Shown here piece after piece: positions 26,901 to 35,453 of a DNA stretch of 64,000 nt. The stretch is from an uncultured Gemmatimonadales bacterium (GTDB taxonomy: Bacteria > Gemmatimonadota > Gemmatimonadetes > JACCXV01 > JAHWKZ01). Below the pieces are notes generated by a model, which saw only the letters and a program-made list of their open reading frames with translations, was not told the origin of the DNA and did no database searches. The stretch spans positions 1,393 through 65,392 of the forward strand of contig CAZUIY010000341.1 of the NCBI GenBank assembly GCA_964619975.1. Direction: 5' to 3'. Position numbers and translations under genes: made by a program. Numbering within the stretch: position 1 is the first letter of the stretch; each line of letters opens with the position of its first letter.

Positions 26901-27403
26901 CGCGCCGCGAGGGCCGGGCGCTGCTGGTGGGCGAGTCGCCGTGTCGGGGGGCCAGGCCCGGCGGCCGCGCGCTCGACGGGCCGGCGGGCGATCGGCTGGC
27001 GAGCTACCTCGGCGCGCTTCCCGGCTACATCCACTGCGACAGGCACGCGCTGCTGGAGGAGTTCGACACGGTGAACCTGCTGGGCCGGTGGCCGGGCAGC
27101 CAGGGCAAGGGCGCGGCCTGGTCGCCCACGAAGGCTAGGAGGGCGGCGGGACGACTTCCCCTCCGGGGCGTGGTGGTCCTGCTGGGCCAGCGCGTCGCCA
27201 ACGCCTATCAGCTAGGCGGCCTGTGCTGGGCGCACTGGCTGCATACCCCGGCCGGCGCTTGGGTCACGGCGATTCCCCATCCGTCGGGCGTGAACCGCCT
27301 ATACAACGATGAGGCCATGCGTGCGCTGGTGGCCGAGGTGCTGCACGGCGCGCGCGTCGCCGCCCGGGACGCCCGCCCGCCCGCGCTCGTTCGCCGCAAA
27401 TAG
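26879..27403 (+). CDS. uracil-DNA glycosylase superfamily protein (family 4/5-like)
   Basis: N-terminal GESPCRGARPGGRALDGPAGDRL (compare GEAPG...G.PF.G.AG..L) and C-terminal HPSG motif (IPHPSGVNRLYN). Confidence 0.5.
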   Translation, partial: GVPGRRLTRREGRALLVGESPCRGARPGGRALDGPAGDRLASYLGALPGYIHCDRHALLEEFDTVNLLGRWPGSQGKGAAWSPTKARRAAGRLPLRGVVVLLGQRVANAYQLGGLCWAHWLHTPAGAWVTAIPHPSGVNRLYNDEAMRALVAEVLHGARVAARDARPPALVRRK

Positions 27404-27425
27404 CGGGGCCGTCGGGCATCGTCGT

Positions 27426-27471
27426 TGCGGCGTGCGGGTGGTGGTCTGTAGCCTCGACGCCGTACCCGATT
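27426..27471 (+). promoter_or_regulatory. promoter P2 of the conserved family (-35 TTGCGG, 18-bp spacer, -10 TAGCCT, leader GTACCCGAT)
   Basis: Directly visible; SD GAGGAT, then GTG 27486. Confidence 0.6.
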
Positions 27472-27485
27472 TTGAGGATGGCTCA

Positions 27486-28728
27486 GTGCATGAACTTCCC
27501 AGCCTGCTTACCGGACCGCACGATGCGCGGCTCGACGATCCACCCCGCGTCCTGTCGGTCTGCTCGGGCGTCGGCGGCATGGACCTCGGGTTCCATCGCG
27601 CGGGCTTCCGCACGGTCGGGCTGTGCGAGTGGGAGCCGTGGCGGCGGAAGGTCCTCGCGCGCCACTGGGGCGACGGCGTCCCGATCTATCCCGACCTCGC
27701 GGCGCTCGCCGATCGCGCCGAGCGGGACCCCGACGACCTACTCGCCGAGCTCGGGGGTCGCGTAGATGTCCTCATCGGCGGTACCCCCTGCCAAGACCTC
27801 AGCCACGCCGGCAAGCGAGCCGGACTCGACGGCGAGCGCTCCGGACTCTTCTGGAGTTACTGCCGACTCCGAAACGCCCTCGGCATCGAGTGGTGCGTCT
27901 GGGAGAACGTGGCAGGGGCTCAGACCTCCAACCAGGGACTGGACTTCGCATCGGTCCTGGGCGCCTTCGTGGGAGCAACCGTCGCTGTTCCCTCCGCCGG
28001 ATGGGGAGGCGCTGGTGTGGCAGCCGGGCCGTGGGGGGGCTGCGTCTGGCGACGCCTCAACGCTCAACACTTCGGAGTCCCCCAGCGTCGGCGTCGCGTC
28101 TTCGTTGTCGGACGCCTTGGAGGCCCTTGTCCACCCGCGGTTCTCATTGAGCGCGAAGGCGTGCGCGGGAATCCTCAAGCGGGCGGTGCGGCGCGGCCGG
28201 GACCTGCCTGGGCCGCTGCGGCTCGCGCTGGAGGGCCAGGCCGGACCGAACTGGCAGGAGGTGGACGACCTGGAGGCCGAGATGGCGCTGGAGGCGCTGA
28301 CGCTGGACGTGGACCCGCCCCAGCCATCCGAGCGAGCGCCGGAAAGAACGCCTACAGCCCCGGACACTCCGGAGGCGACGAGGCAGTGTTCGCCGTCGCC
28401 GGAGCCCTCGACGCCAGCGACGGGGGAGCCGACGACAACGACGCCAGAGCCGGACGAATCGTCACAGGTGGCGCCCAGCCTGACGATGAGGTACGGGGCC
28501 AGCGGCGGCAACGATCTTCAACAGCCGAACGCGCTGGTGGAGGACCCGACGATCGGGTTTCACATCCACGAGAGGATGGACGTGCCGAGGGACGACGCGC
28601 AGGCTCCGACGCTGATGAAGTCGGCGAGTCCGGGGGCGAACGCGCCGGGCGGCCTGCGGAAGCTGACTCCGACAGAGTGCGAGCGCCTGATGGGCTGGCC
28701 GGACGGCTGGACGGTGCTGCTGAAGTAG
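27486..28728 (+). CDS. DNA (cytosine-5)-methyltransferase with interrupted reading frame: motifs I-VIII in frame 0, motif IX in frame +1
   Basis: Motif I CSGVGGMDLGF; motif IV GTPCQDLSHAGKR; motif VI ENV; motif VIII FGVPQRRRRVFVVG (all in the frame of 27486). Motif IX RKLTPTECERLMGWPDGWT sits in the +1 frame and ends at the stop at 28728. Candidate shift sites are 28100-28135 or the G4 run at about 28495-28498. Confidence 0.6.
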
Positions 28729-28793
28729 AGGCGTACACGGAGCGAACCCGCGACGGCGTGAGCACTCCCGAGCGGGTGGACCTTCCGTGCCTG

Positions 28794-29387
28794 ATGGGCC
28801 ACACGGGGAAGGGCGGCGGCGGTCACGATCACTTCATTCGTCAGCCCGCTATGCCCGTCAGCCTGCGGGGCCGCGAGGGCGGCGCGACAGCCGAGGTCGC
28901 CGCCGACGACGCCTCGCCGTCACTTCGGGGCAGCGGCGGCGGCGGCAGTCGTCAGCACGTCTTGGTCGGCTCGGACGAGGCTACGCACACGCTGACCGCC
29001 GAGGGCCACGACGCGAGCGAGGACGGCACGGGCCGAGGCGCGCCGATCGTGCTCGCGGAGAACCAGCGCGGCGAGCTCCGCACGCCGGACGTGGTGCCGT
29101 TGCTTAGCGGGCAGGGCGGGGGGAAGCCGGGCCAGGGGCGCCCGGTGACGTGGAGCAATCTGAGCAACGGCGGGGCGAACGACGACCAGGCGGCGACGCT
29201 CGACACGTCGCACGGAGGGGGTCAGGCGCTCATGGCGGGCGCGGCCGAGGGGGCGGCGTGCGGTCATGATCCCAAGCCGGATGGGCAGCGCTACGCGGCG
29301 TGCGGCGATGGGGTGGCGGCCCCGGTCGCGCACTGGATTGGACTGCGCCTCGGGCCGGCGATCGCGGAGGCGCGGAGTGATGGGTGA
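28794..29387 (+). CDS. methyltransferase C-terminal-like fragment (DASEDGTGRG block, ENQRGELR, degenerate motif IX, motif X-like)
   Basis: Frame-0 ORF after the motif-IX stop. Contains HTLTAEGHDASEDGTGRGAPIVLAENQRGELR, GQGGGKPGQGRPV and C-terminal QRYAACGDGVAAPVAHWIGLRL (motif X with GN changed to GD). May be the displaced 3-prime part of the same MTase gene. Confidence 0.4.
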   Translation: MGHTGKGGGGHDHFIRQPAMPVSLRGREGGATAEVAADDASPSLRGSGGGGSRQHVLVGSDEATHTLTAEGHDASEDGTGRGAPIVLAENQRGELRTPDVVPLLSGQGGGKPGQGRPVTWSNLSNGGANDDQAATLDTSHGGGQALMAGAAEGAACGHDPKPDGQRYAACGDGVAAPVAHWIGLRLGPAIAEARSDG

Positions 29388-29679
29388 GCCGGAGTCGCCG
29401 ACGCTCGAACGGTGCGGGTGCGGCGAGGAGGTCCTGATGGTCACGTATCGGGGCGATCGGGTGGCCGTGGAGCCCCACGAGCACGACCCGACCTACGACG
29501 GGCGGTTTCCCGAGTACGGGCTGAGGGTTGACGACGAGGGACGGGCGCGGGAGTACAAGGCGAGTCAGGGCCGGCGCGAGGGCGAGGCCGTCCACCGCTT
29601 GCACGAGTGCGAGGTCGTCGGTACGTTGGCGGGCGTACCCGATCGAGGAGCGCCCCGTGTTCGCAGCCACGCCGCCTGA
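29380..29679 (+). CDS. hypothetical protein (contains an embedded promoter)
   Basis: 99 aa; GGAGG 9 nt upstream; CGCG zinc-knuckle-like motif. Confidence 0.5.
   Translation: MGEPESPTLERCGCGEEVLMVTYRGDRVAVEPHEHDPTYDGRFPEYGLRVDDEGRAREYKASQGRREGEAVHRLHECEVVGTLAGVPDRGAPRVRSHAA
29599..29643 (+). promoter_or_regulatory. promoter P3 of the conserved family, embedded within the coding sequence of the upstream gene (-35 TTGCAC, 17 bp, -10 TACGTT, leader GTACCCGATC)
   Basis: Complete element, then GGAG, then GTG 29657. Confidence 0.55.
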
Positions 29680-30094
29680 CCCCGGCGCGGGCATCGCGTC
29701 GACAGAGCGGGCGGCGGCGTGGGAGTTGCGCGCGGCGTGGGCGCGGCATCGGGAGGTGGTGGTCGTGCTCGATCGTCAGGCGGGCCGCGTTCGGGGCTTC
29801 GTCGAGCACGTGTCGGCCACGAACGCCTACGCGCTGGTCTGGGACGGCCACGGCACGGTCCACCTCCCCTGCGCGCTCGTGCGAGCGGTGCGCGTGCCTC
29901 ACGAGCACGAGACGGCGTGGGGCGAGCCGGTAGCGCCGCCTCCGCCCCGCTCGATCGTCGCGCTGCCCTACGTCCACCCCGATCAGCTCGCCCTTCCGGT
30001 GGGCGACTGCCGACCGGACTGGTGGGCTCCAGACACGCGGGCCGAGGACGCGCGCGCGGAGTTTCGCCGGCGTCGGGTTGCGAAATCCGAGTAG
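29657..30094 (+). CDS. hypothetical protein
   Basis: 145 aa; GTG start 14 nt after the P3 leader. Confidence 0.5.
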   Translation: MFAATPPDPGAGIASTERAAAWELRAAWARHREVVVVLDRQAGRVRGFVEHVSATNAYALVWDGHGTVHLPCALVRAVRVPHEHETAWGEPVAPPPPRSIVALPYVHPDQLALPVGDCRPDWWAPDTRAEDARAEFRRRRVAKSE

Positions 30095-30122
30095 GATCGG
30101 CATACTGAGGGTCGTACCCGAT
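30078..30122 (+). promoter_or_regulatory. promoter P4 (-35 TTGCGA, 17 bp, -10 CATACT, leader GTACCCGATC)
   Basis: Directly visible; AGGAGGA SD, then ATG 30145. Confidence 0.6.
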
Positions 30123-30144
30123 CATCTACAAGCAGGAGGACGCA

Positions 30145-30795
30145 ATGGCTGACGCAACCGAAGCAGGGCGCGCCGAGGGGCGCAGCGTGAACCGAGTCGA
30201 CGACGTGACGGGCGCCGCGCTGCGGCGCGAGGGCCACAAGATCTCGGACCTCAACCCCGAGCAGCGCGAGCGCGCGGGAAACGCGGGCGACGAGAAGCCG
30301 GGCCTGCGGGGCAAGGCGCTCGTGGCGTGGATCATCGACGGCGAGGACCTGCCGCTCCAGCAGAAGAAGGCCGAGCAGGGCCGCGAGGTCCGGCAGGCGG
30401 CCGCCACCGAGAAGCGCCGCAGCGACGGGGCCAAGAAGGCGGGCACGGGCGGGAGCCGCCCGAAGTACCCCGAGGACGTGCGCGAGGCGGTCAAGATCGT
30501 GCACAAGCTCAAGGGCACGTCGAACGGATCGCCCGGTCCGAAGCAGCACGTTCACGTGCGCAACGTGGTCGCGAAGTCGCTGGGGGCCGAGGGGCCGGAC
30601 GAGATCGTCAAGGCGGCCGTGGTGGAGGCGTCGGGGGCCAAGTCGGTGGCGGCGCTCAAGCGGCTGGCGACCGGCGAGGCGGATCGCTCGGAGCTGAAGG
30701 TGCTGCACCCGCTCGCCGCCAAGATGGGCGACGACGCCTTCTGCAAGGGGCGCAACCTCGCCGCGATCCTGACCGCCTGGACCGAGCAGCTCTAG
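30145..30795 (+). CDS. hypothetical basic protein
   Basis: 216 aa with a strong SD. Confidence 0.5.
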   Translation: MADATEAGRAEGRSVNRVDDVTGAALRREGHKISDLNPEQRERAGNAGDEKPGLRGKALVAWIIDGEDLPLQQKKAEQGREVRQAAATEKRRSDGAKKAGTGGSRPKYPEDVREAVKIVHKLKGTSNGSPGPKQHVHVRNVVAKSLGAEGPDEIVKAAVVEASGAKSVAALKRLATGEADRSELKVLHPLAAKMGDDAFCKGRNLAAILTAWTEQL

Positions 30796-30886
30796 GTCCC
30801 CGCCGAACATCTCCGCATCGCCCGAGGGGGGCCGCTCAGTCGGCCCCCCTTCGCGTTGCGCAGCACATTCGCAGAACGTTCGGGGG

Positions 30887-30932
30887 TTGCCCTTCCGCCG
30901 GAGGTGCGGTTAGCATCCGACGCGTACCCGAT
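30887..30932 (+). promoter_or_regulatory. promoter P5 (-35 TTGCCC, 18 bp, -10 TAGCAT, leader GTACCCGATC)
   Basis: Directly visible; AAGGAG SD, then ATG 30949. Confidence 0.6.
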
Positions 30933-30948
30933 CGATAAGGAGCAAAAG

Positions 30949-31458
30949 ATGACAGAGCAGACGGCGTTGGAGGTGGGTGGCCCGCCCCCGCTCGACGCGT
31001 CCCCCGCGCGAGCGGCGAAGCGGCTGCGCGACGCGCTCGCGCGCGAGCTGACGGCCTGGGGCGAGGTGGTTCGCTTCGATCGCAGCGGCTACCCGCTGCC
31101 ACCCGACGTGGTGAGGCGCGTCCACCTGATCGCGGAGGGGAGCCGGTGGCCCGACTTCGAGGTGCGCCCGCCCGACGAGCCCTCGATACTGGTGCGCGCC
31201 GTGGCGGCGTCGGAGGTCAACGCGCGCCGCCCGAACCGCGAGTGGCACGTGCAGGGCGAGGCGTGGGACTTCCTGATCGTCTGCGACGCCGAGGCGCGCG
31301 CCGCGGGGTACGGCGGGGTGGTGCTGATCTTCGACAATCGCACGGCGCGGCGGCTGGCCAACATGGTCGAGGGCCGCGACTACGAGGTCGTGACCTACGG
31401 GCACTCGCGGCACGTCGCGGTTCGGCAGGGCGCGCGCCCGATGGCGGAGGTGCTGTGA
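30949..31458 (+). CDS. hypothetical protein
   Basis: 169 aa. Confidence 0.5.
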   Translation: MTEQTALEVGGPPPLDASPARAAKRLRDALARELTAWGEVVRFDRSGYPLPPDVVRRVHLIAEGSRWPDFEVRPPDEPSILVRAVAASEVNARRPNREWHVQGEAWDFLIVCDAEARAAGYGGVVLIFDNRTARRLANMVEGRDYEVVTYGHSRHVAVRQGARPMAEVL

Positions 31459-31772
31459 GGGTGGCGGGGGTCGGGCGGCCGCAGCACATGAGCGCGCTCG
31501 ACCACGCCAACCGCGTGAGGCTCGCCCGCGCGGCGCTCAAGCGGCGCGTGGCCGCCGGCAAGGTGTCGGTGGCGGACGTGGTGATGGACTGCCCGTGGGA
31601 GGTCGAGAGCATGTCGATCAGCAACCTGCTGATGAGCCAGAAGCGCTGGGGGCACGCGCGCGCTCGGCGGCTGCTGCTGATGATCGCCATCCCGGAGAAC
31701 AAGCGCATCGGGACCCTGACCGATCGGCAGCGAATGGTGATAGCCGAGATGCTGCGGGCCGGTGGTGGCTGA
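31455..31772 (+). CDS. actinobacterial integration host factor (mIHF)-like DNA-binding protein
   Basis: C-terminal half (MSISNLLMSQKRWGHARARRLLLMIAIPENKRIGTLTDRQRMVIAEML) aligns with mIHF (VSALLEALPKVGKVKAQEIMTELEIAPTRRLRGLGDRQRKALLEKF). The start may instead be ATG 31488. Confidence 0.55.
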   Translation: MRVAGVGRPQHMSALDHANRVRLARAALKRRVAAGKVSVADVVMDCPWEVESMSISNLLMSQKRWGHARARRLLLMIAIPENKRIGTLTDRQRMVIAEMLRAGGG

Positions 31773-31944
31773 GCAGTTGGGGCTGGGCGACGACCTCGGT
31801 CGCCTCGACTGCGCGCGCTGTCGGCTGCCGCTGGCGGGCATGACCTGGGAGGCGGTGGACCCGCGGGCGGGAAAGGTCGTGGAGGTGTGCGCGGCGTGCG
31901 CGCACCACTACGAGCGCAAGCGGCAGCGCCCCGTGCCCCGCTGA
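31762..31944 (+). CDS. small zinc-ribbon-like protein
   Basis: 60 aa with CARC...CAAC Cys pairs. Confidence 0.35.
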   Translation: MVAEQLGLGDDLGRLDCARCRLPLAGMTWEAVDPRAGKVVEVCAACAHHYERKRQRPVPR

Positions 31945-31946
31945 CC

Positions 31947-31991
31947 TTGCGCGCGCTCGTAGTTCGCTGTACGCTGGGCGGCGTACCCGAT
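31947..31991 (+). promoter_or_regulatory. promoter P6 (-35 TTGCGC, 17 bp, -10 TACGCT, leader GTACCCGATC)
   Basis: Directly visible; AGGAG SD, then ATG 32007. Confidence 0.6.
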
Positions 31992-32006
31992 CGTAGGAGC
32001 CTCGCG

Positions 32007-32174
32007 ATGACCACCACCGACCAGGGCCGCGCCTTGGACGATCTCATGATCGACCACGGCACCGCCTCGTGCACGCTGACCGACACGAACGACCTGCTGG
32101 TGCTGATCGACGGCGAGCGGGAGGTGCTGATCGCGCCAGACGGGGAGGTGCTGCGCGACGGCGCGACGAAGTAG
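32007..32174 (+). CDS. small hypothetical protein
   Basis: 55 aa immediately downstream of P6. Confidence 0.4.
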   Translation: MTTTDQGRALDDLMIDHGTASCTLTDTNDLLVLIDGEREVLIAPDGEVLRDGATK

Positions 32175-32235
32175 GTGCAGGGGCGCCGCGCGCGGAGGTG
32201 GCTGACGGCGTTGCCCCCGCGGGGCGCCCCCGCCG

Positions 32236-32281
32236 TTGCATCGTAAGGCCGGGAGTCGGTAGCTTCGCGGGCGTACCCGAC
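32236..32281 (+). promoter_or_regulatory. promoter P7 (-35 TTGCAT, 18 bp, -10 TAGCTT, leader GTACCCGAC)
   Basis: Directly visible; AGGAG SD, then GTG 32296. Confidence 0.55.
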
Positions 32282-32295
32282 CAGCAGGAGCCAGC

Positions 32296-32523
32296 GTGAT
32301 AGTTCCCGGTGCCCTTCGAACCGTGACGTACCAGGCGTTCGACGTGAACGTGCTCGATCTTCCGGACGGCGGAAAGGCGATGGTGGCGGTCGTGCCGCCC
32401 GGCGAGGCGCACGTGTTCATGCTCACCGACGAGGCGCGGGAGAAGGTGCACGACGCCACGGGCTCGCCGATCAAGGTCGTGGGGGCGGACCAGATGCCGA
32501 GCGGCGACGGGCGGCGGTCCTAG
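32296..32523 (+). CDS. small hypothetical protein
   Basis: 75 aa. Confidence 0.45.
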   Translation: MIVPGALRTVTYQAFDVNVLDLPDGGKAMVAVVPPGEAHVFMLTDEAREKVHDATGSPIKVVGADQMPSGDGRRS

Positions 32524-32525
32524 CC

Positions 32526-32807
32526 GTGGCGGACCTGCGGGCGGTGGATGCCGCCGACGCCGCCGAGCAGGCGCGTCAGGAGGCGTGGGCCGAGCGGGTA
32601 CACGGCCACGTTCAGCGCGAGTGGGGAAAGGCGATGTTAACGCTGGGCATCCTGTCGTTCGCCGTTGGGGGGCTGACGTGGGTACTGCTGGGCATCACGT
32701 TCGAGGGGGCGACCGCGACGGCTGCGGCCGTCACGATCGCGTGGGCTCTCCCGCATCGGGTGGCGGCGCTGGTGCGAGCGCAGCGGCTTGAGGATTTGCT
32801 CAAGTGA
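32526..32807 (+). CDS. small membrane protein (two TM helices)
   Basis: 93 aa; hydrophobic stretches LTLGILSFAVGGLTWVLLGITF and AAAVTIAWAL. Confidence 0.45.
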   Translation: MADLRAVDAADAAEQARQEAWAERVHGHVQREWGKAMLTLGILSFAVGGLTWVLLGITFEGATATAAAVTIAWALPHRVAALVRAQRLEDLLK

Positions 32808-33190
32808 GCCTGCAGAGGCTGATGATCGGCGAGGCGCGCGCGCGATCTAAGCAGCACGACAAGGCGTTTCGCCGCCGCGCTCAGGCGGTCGAGCGCAGGC
32901 CGGCGTGGGGTCCGAAGCGCGAGCGCCGGATGTCGCGCGCCCTGGAGGACCTTCAGATGGCCGTGTTCCTGCGGGTGCTGGCGGACGACTACGCCGACGA
33001 GGATCCGATGGCGACGCTCGGGTCGCTTGAGGAGGAGGCGACGATCAACGCTCGCTGGGCGGAGGCGCGGATGCGAATCAACCTGGCGGCCGCGCAGGGG
33101 GCGCTGAAGCCGAGTCGGTTCCGCGAGACGGTGGCTATCGCGGCCGAGCTCGGGCGCGCAGACCTAGTGGACAAGGGGGACGCGAGATGA
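32804..33190 (+). CDS. hypothetical protein
   Basis: 128 aa; ATGA-type overlap. Confidence 0.45.
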   Translation: MSLQRLMIGEARARSKQHDKAFRRRAQAVERRPAWGPKRERRMSRALEDLQMAVFLRVLADDYADEDPMATLGSLEEEATINARWAEARMRINLAAAQGALKPSRFRETVAIAAELGRADLVDKGDAR

Positions 33191-33507
33191 GCACGCTACG
33201 CACGGTGATCGAGCGCGAGATCGCGGCCGGCCCGGTCACTGACGGGCAGCTGGCGGCGCGTCTCGGCCACTCTCGGGCGAGCGTTCGAAACGTTCTGACG
33301 ATGACGCCGCACGCGATCGATGCCGAGGGCCGGCTGTACCCGCCGGACTCCGATGCCGGGAGGGCGGCGGGGGCGTTCGAGCACCGCCCGGTTTCTCGAC
33401 CGCCGTCCGACTCCGAGCGCGCGGAGGCGAAGGCGATCGAGGAGGTGGCGGCGCGGGTAGTCGCGACCGTGTGTGCGTCCGATAGCCCAGCGGTCGCCAG
33501 CCCCTGA
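33187..33507 (+). CDS. helix-turn-helix/winged-helix DNA-binding protein
   Basis: 106 aa; HTH-like GPVTDGQLAARLGHSRASVRNVL. Confidence 0.4.
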   Translation: MSTLRTVIEREIAAGPVTDGQLAARLGHSRASVRNVLTMTPHAIDAEGRLYPPDSDAGRAAGAFEHRPVSRPPSDSERAEAKAIEEVAARVVATVCASDSPAVASP

Positions 33508-33508
33508 A

Positions 33509-33553
33509 TTGCGCCGCGCCGGTCGGGCGTATAGCCTGCCGCGCGTACCCGAT
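33509..33553 (+). promoter_or_regulatory. promoter P8 (-35 TTGCGC, 17 bp, -10 TAGCCT, leader GTACCCGAT)
   Basis: Directly visible; AGGAGG SD, then ATG 33571. Confidence 0.6.
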
Positions 33554-33570
33554 TTCAAGCAGGAGGCACG

Positions 33571-34686
33571 ATGCCGTTTAGGAAAGAGTCTGCGCCGCGC
33601 CCTACGGCCGGCGGTGAGCGCGTGACGGGTGCGGGCGTGAGCGGGCAGGCGGGGCGGCGTTGGAAGGGTGGCCATAGGGCGCTGATCCTCGGAGGCAACC
33701 GGCCGCGCGCCGTGGTGGTGACCACGTGCCGGTCCGTGGACGGCGCGCCGCGGTTCGACTGCGACTCACTCGTCGTCGACAGTCATGGCCGGCGGTTCCT
33801 GGCGTGGACGGCGCTCCTGACCCCGTGGCGGCGCAACCAGCACGGCGAGGTGGTGGCGCAGCGAGCGCTCGTGGTGGGAGTTCGCGAGCGCGGGTGCCCG
33901 CTGTTTGCGTCGGGTGGCCACGCCGTGAGGATCGGGGAGGACTTCGCGCCCGGCGCGTTCGACCACCTCGTCCGCGACGCGGGCAGCCGCGCCGTGCCGA
34001 CGCCCGAGGACGGCGACGGCCCGATCGACCTGTCTCTCAAGATCGACGTGCCGGCGGGCGGGCCGGCCGACCGACAGCCGACGCTGCCCGAGGCCCGGGA
34101 CGTGCTCACGCTGTCCGCCCTGCCCGATGACCTGCTGCGGCTCGGCGTCGCGTGGGCGCGCGAGGCGGTCATGCTGTCCGGCCCCGGCCCCGACGAGCCC
34201 GTGCCGGGCGACGTGGTGGTCGAGGTCACGAAGCTCGGCGGGCCGGACCCCGACGCGATCGGCGTGCTGGTCAACCACGGGCTGGCGCCCTACGACGAGC
34301 GGTGCGGCCAGTGCGGCCTAGCCTTCGACGCCGAGGTGGCGGCGCGCATGAGCGAGGAGGCGTCGCAGCCTTGCCCGAGCTGCGGGTCCGAGGTCAGCCT
34401 GCGCGAGGTGTGGGACGTGCAGCCGCTGAGCGGGCGCAGCCAGCCCGGCCGAGAGCACTTTCGCTGGGACAACGCCGAGTTCGCGCGGGTGCCGGACCGC
34501 GTGGTGGTGAGCCTGCCCGACCTGATGCGGCGCGAGCCCCCCCGCAGCGCGATCGCGCTATGGAGGCCCGACGACCAGCACCCGTGGCGCGAGTGGGAGT
34601 CGGACAAGTCGGAGGAGGTCACGGGCGAGATGCGAACCTTCGTCCCCCTCGACGCGGTGGCCGCCGACTCAGGCCGGAGCTCCTGA
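33571..34686 (+). CDS. hypothetical protein (371 aa)
   Basis: Strong SD; C-terminal Cys motifs (CGQCGLAFDAE ... CPSCGSEVS). Confidence 0.5.
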   Translation: MPFRKESAPRPTAGGERVTGAGVSGQAGRRWKGGHRALILGGNRPRAVVVTTCRSVDGAPRFDCDSLVVDSHGRRFLAWTALLTPWRRNQHGEVVAQRALVVGVRERGCPLFASGGHAVRIGEDFAPGAFDHLVRDAGSRAVPTPEDGDGPIDLSLKIDVPAGGPADRQPTLPEARDVLTLSALPDDLLRLGVAWAREAVMLSGPGPDEPVPGDVVVEVTKLGGPDPDAIGVLVNHGLAPYDERCGQCGLAFDAEVAARMSEEASQPCPSCGSEVSLREVWDVQPLSGRSQPGREHFRWDNAEFARVPDRVVVSLPDLMRREPPRSAIALWRPDDQHPWREWESDKSEEVTGEMRTFVPLDAVAADSGRSS

Positions 34687-35402
34687 TGGGGTGGCACGAG
34701 CGGCCGATGGTCGCGTTCGACGTCGAGACGACGGGCGTCGATTACGAGGAGGACCGCATTGTGACGGCCGCCGCCGTGATCGTTGAGGACGGGGCCAACG
34801 TCACGGACTGGCTGGTCGATCCCGGCGTGGAGATACCGGCCGAGGCGACGGCCGTGCACGGCGTGTCGACCGAGCGCGCGCGCGACGAGGGGATGGATGC
34901 GGCCGAGGCGGTGGACGCGATGGTGGCGCTGCTGGCGCAGGAGGTCGAGCGGGGGTCGCCGGTCGTCGCCTTCAACGCGCGCTTCGACCTCACGTTCCTG
35001 GATCGGGAGGCGCGGCGGCACGGGCTGCCCACGCTGGGCGATCTGGTCGGCGAGGACGCGCTGATGGTGATCGATCCGCTGGTGCTCGACAAGGGGGTGG
35101 ACCGCTACCGCAAGGGCAGCCGGAAGCTGACCGCGTGCTGCCAGCACTACTCGGTCGTGCTCGGCGAGGACGCGGCGCACGAGGCCGGCGCGGACGCGCT
35201 GGCGGCGGCGCGCGTGGCGTACAGGATCGCCCAGCGGCACCCGCAGGTGCGCGACCTTGACCTCGCGGACCTCCACGAGCTCCAGGCGACGTGGGCGGCG
35301 GACCAGGCGGCGAGCCTGGAGAGTTACCTGCGGAGCCAGGGCAAGGCCGAGACCATCGAGGGCGCGTGGCCCGTGGTGCCGTTGTCGGCCGCCGCGGCGT
35401 GA
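34686..35402 (+). CDS. DnaQ-like 3-prime-5-prime exonuclease (DEDDh family, DNA polymerase III epsilon-like)
   Basis: Exo I FDVETTG; Exo II VVAFNARFDLTFL; Exo III HEAGADALAAARV. Confidence 0.75.
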   Translation: MGWHERPMVAFDVETTGVDYEEDRIVTAAAVIVEDGANVTDWLVDPGVEIPAEATAVHGVSTERARDEGMDAAEAVDAMVALLAQEVERGSPVVAFNARFDLTFLDREARRHGLPTLGDLVGEDALMVIDPLVLDKGVDRYRKGSRKLTACCQHYSVVLGEDAAHEAGADALAAARVAYRIAQRHPQVRDLDLADLHELQATWAADQAASLESYLRSQGKAETIEGAWPVVPLSAAAA

Positions 35403-35453
35403 GGCTCGCGCGCATCTTGCCGGTGGTCTTTCCGGACGGTCCGCCGGCCCGGG

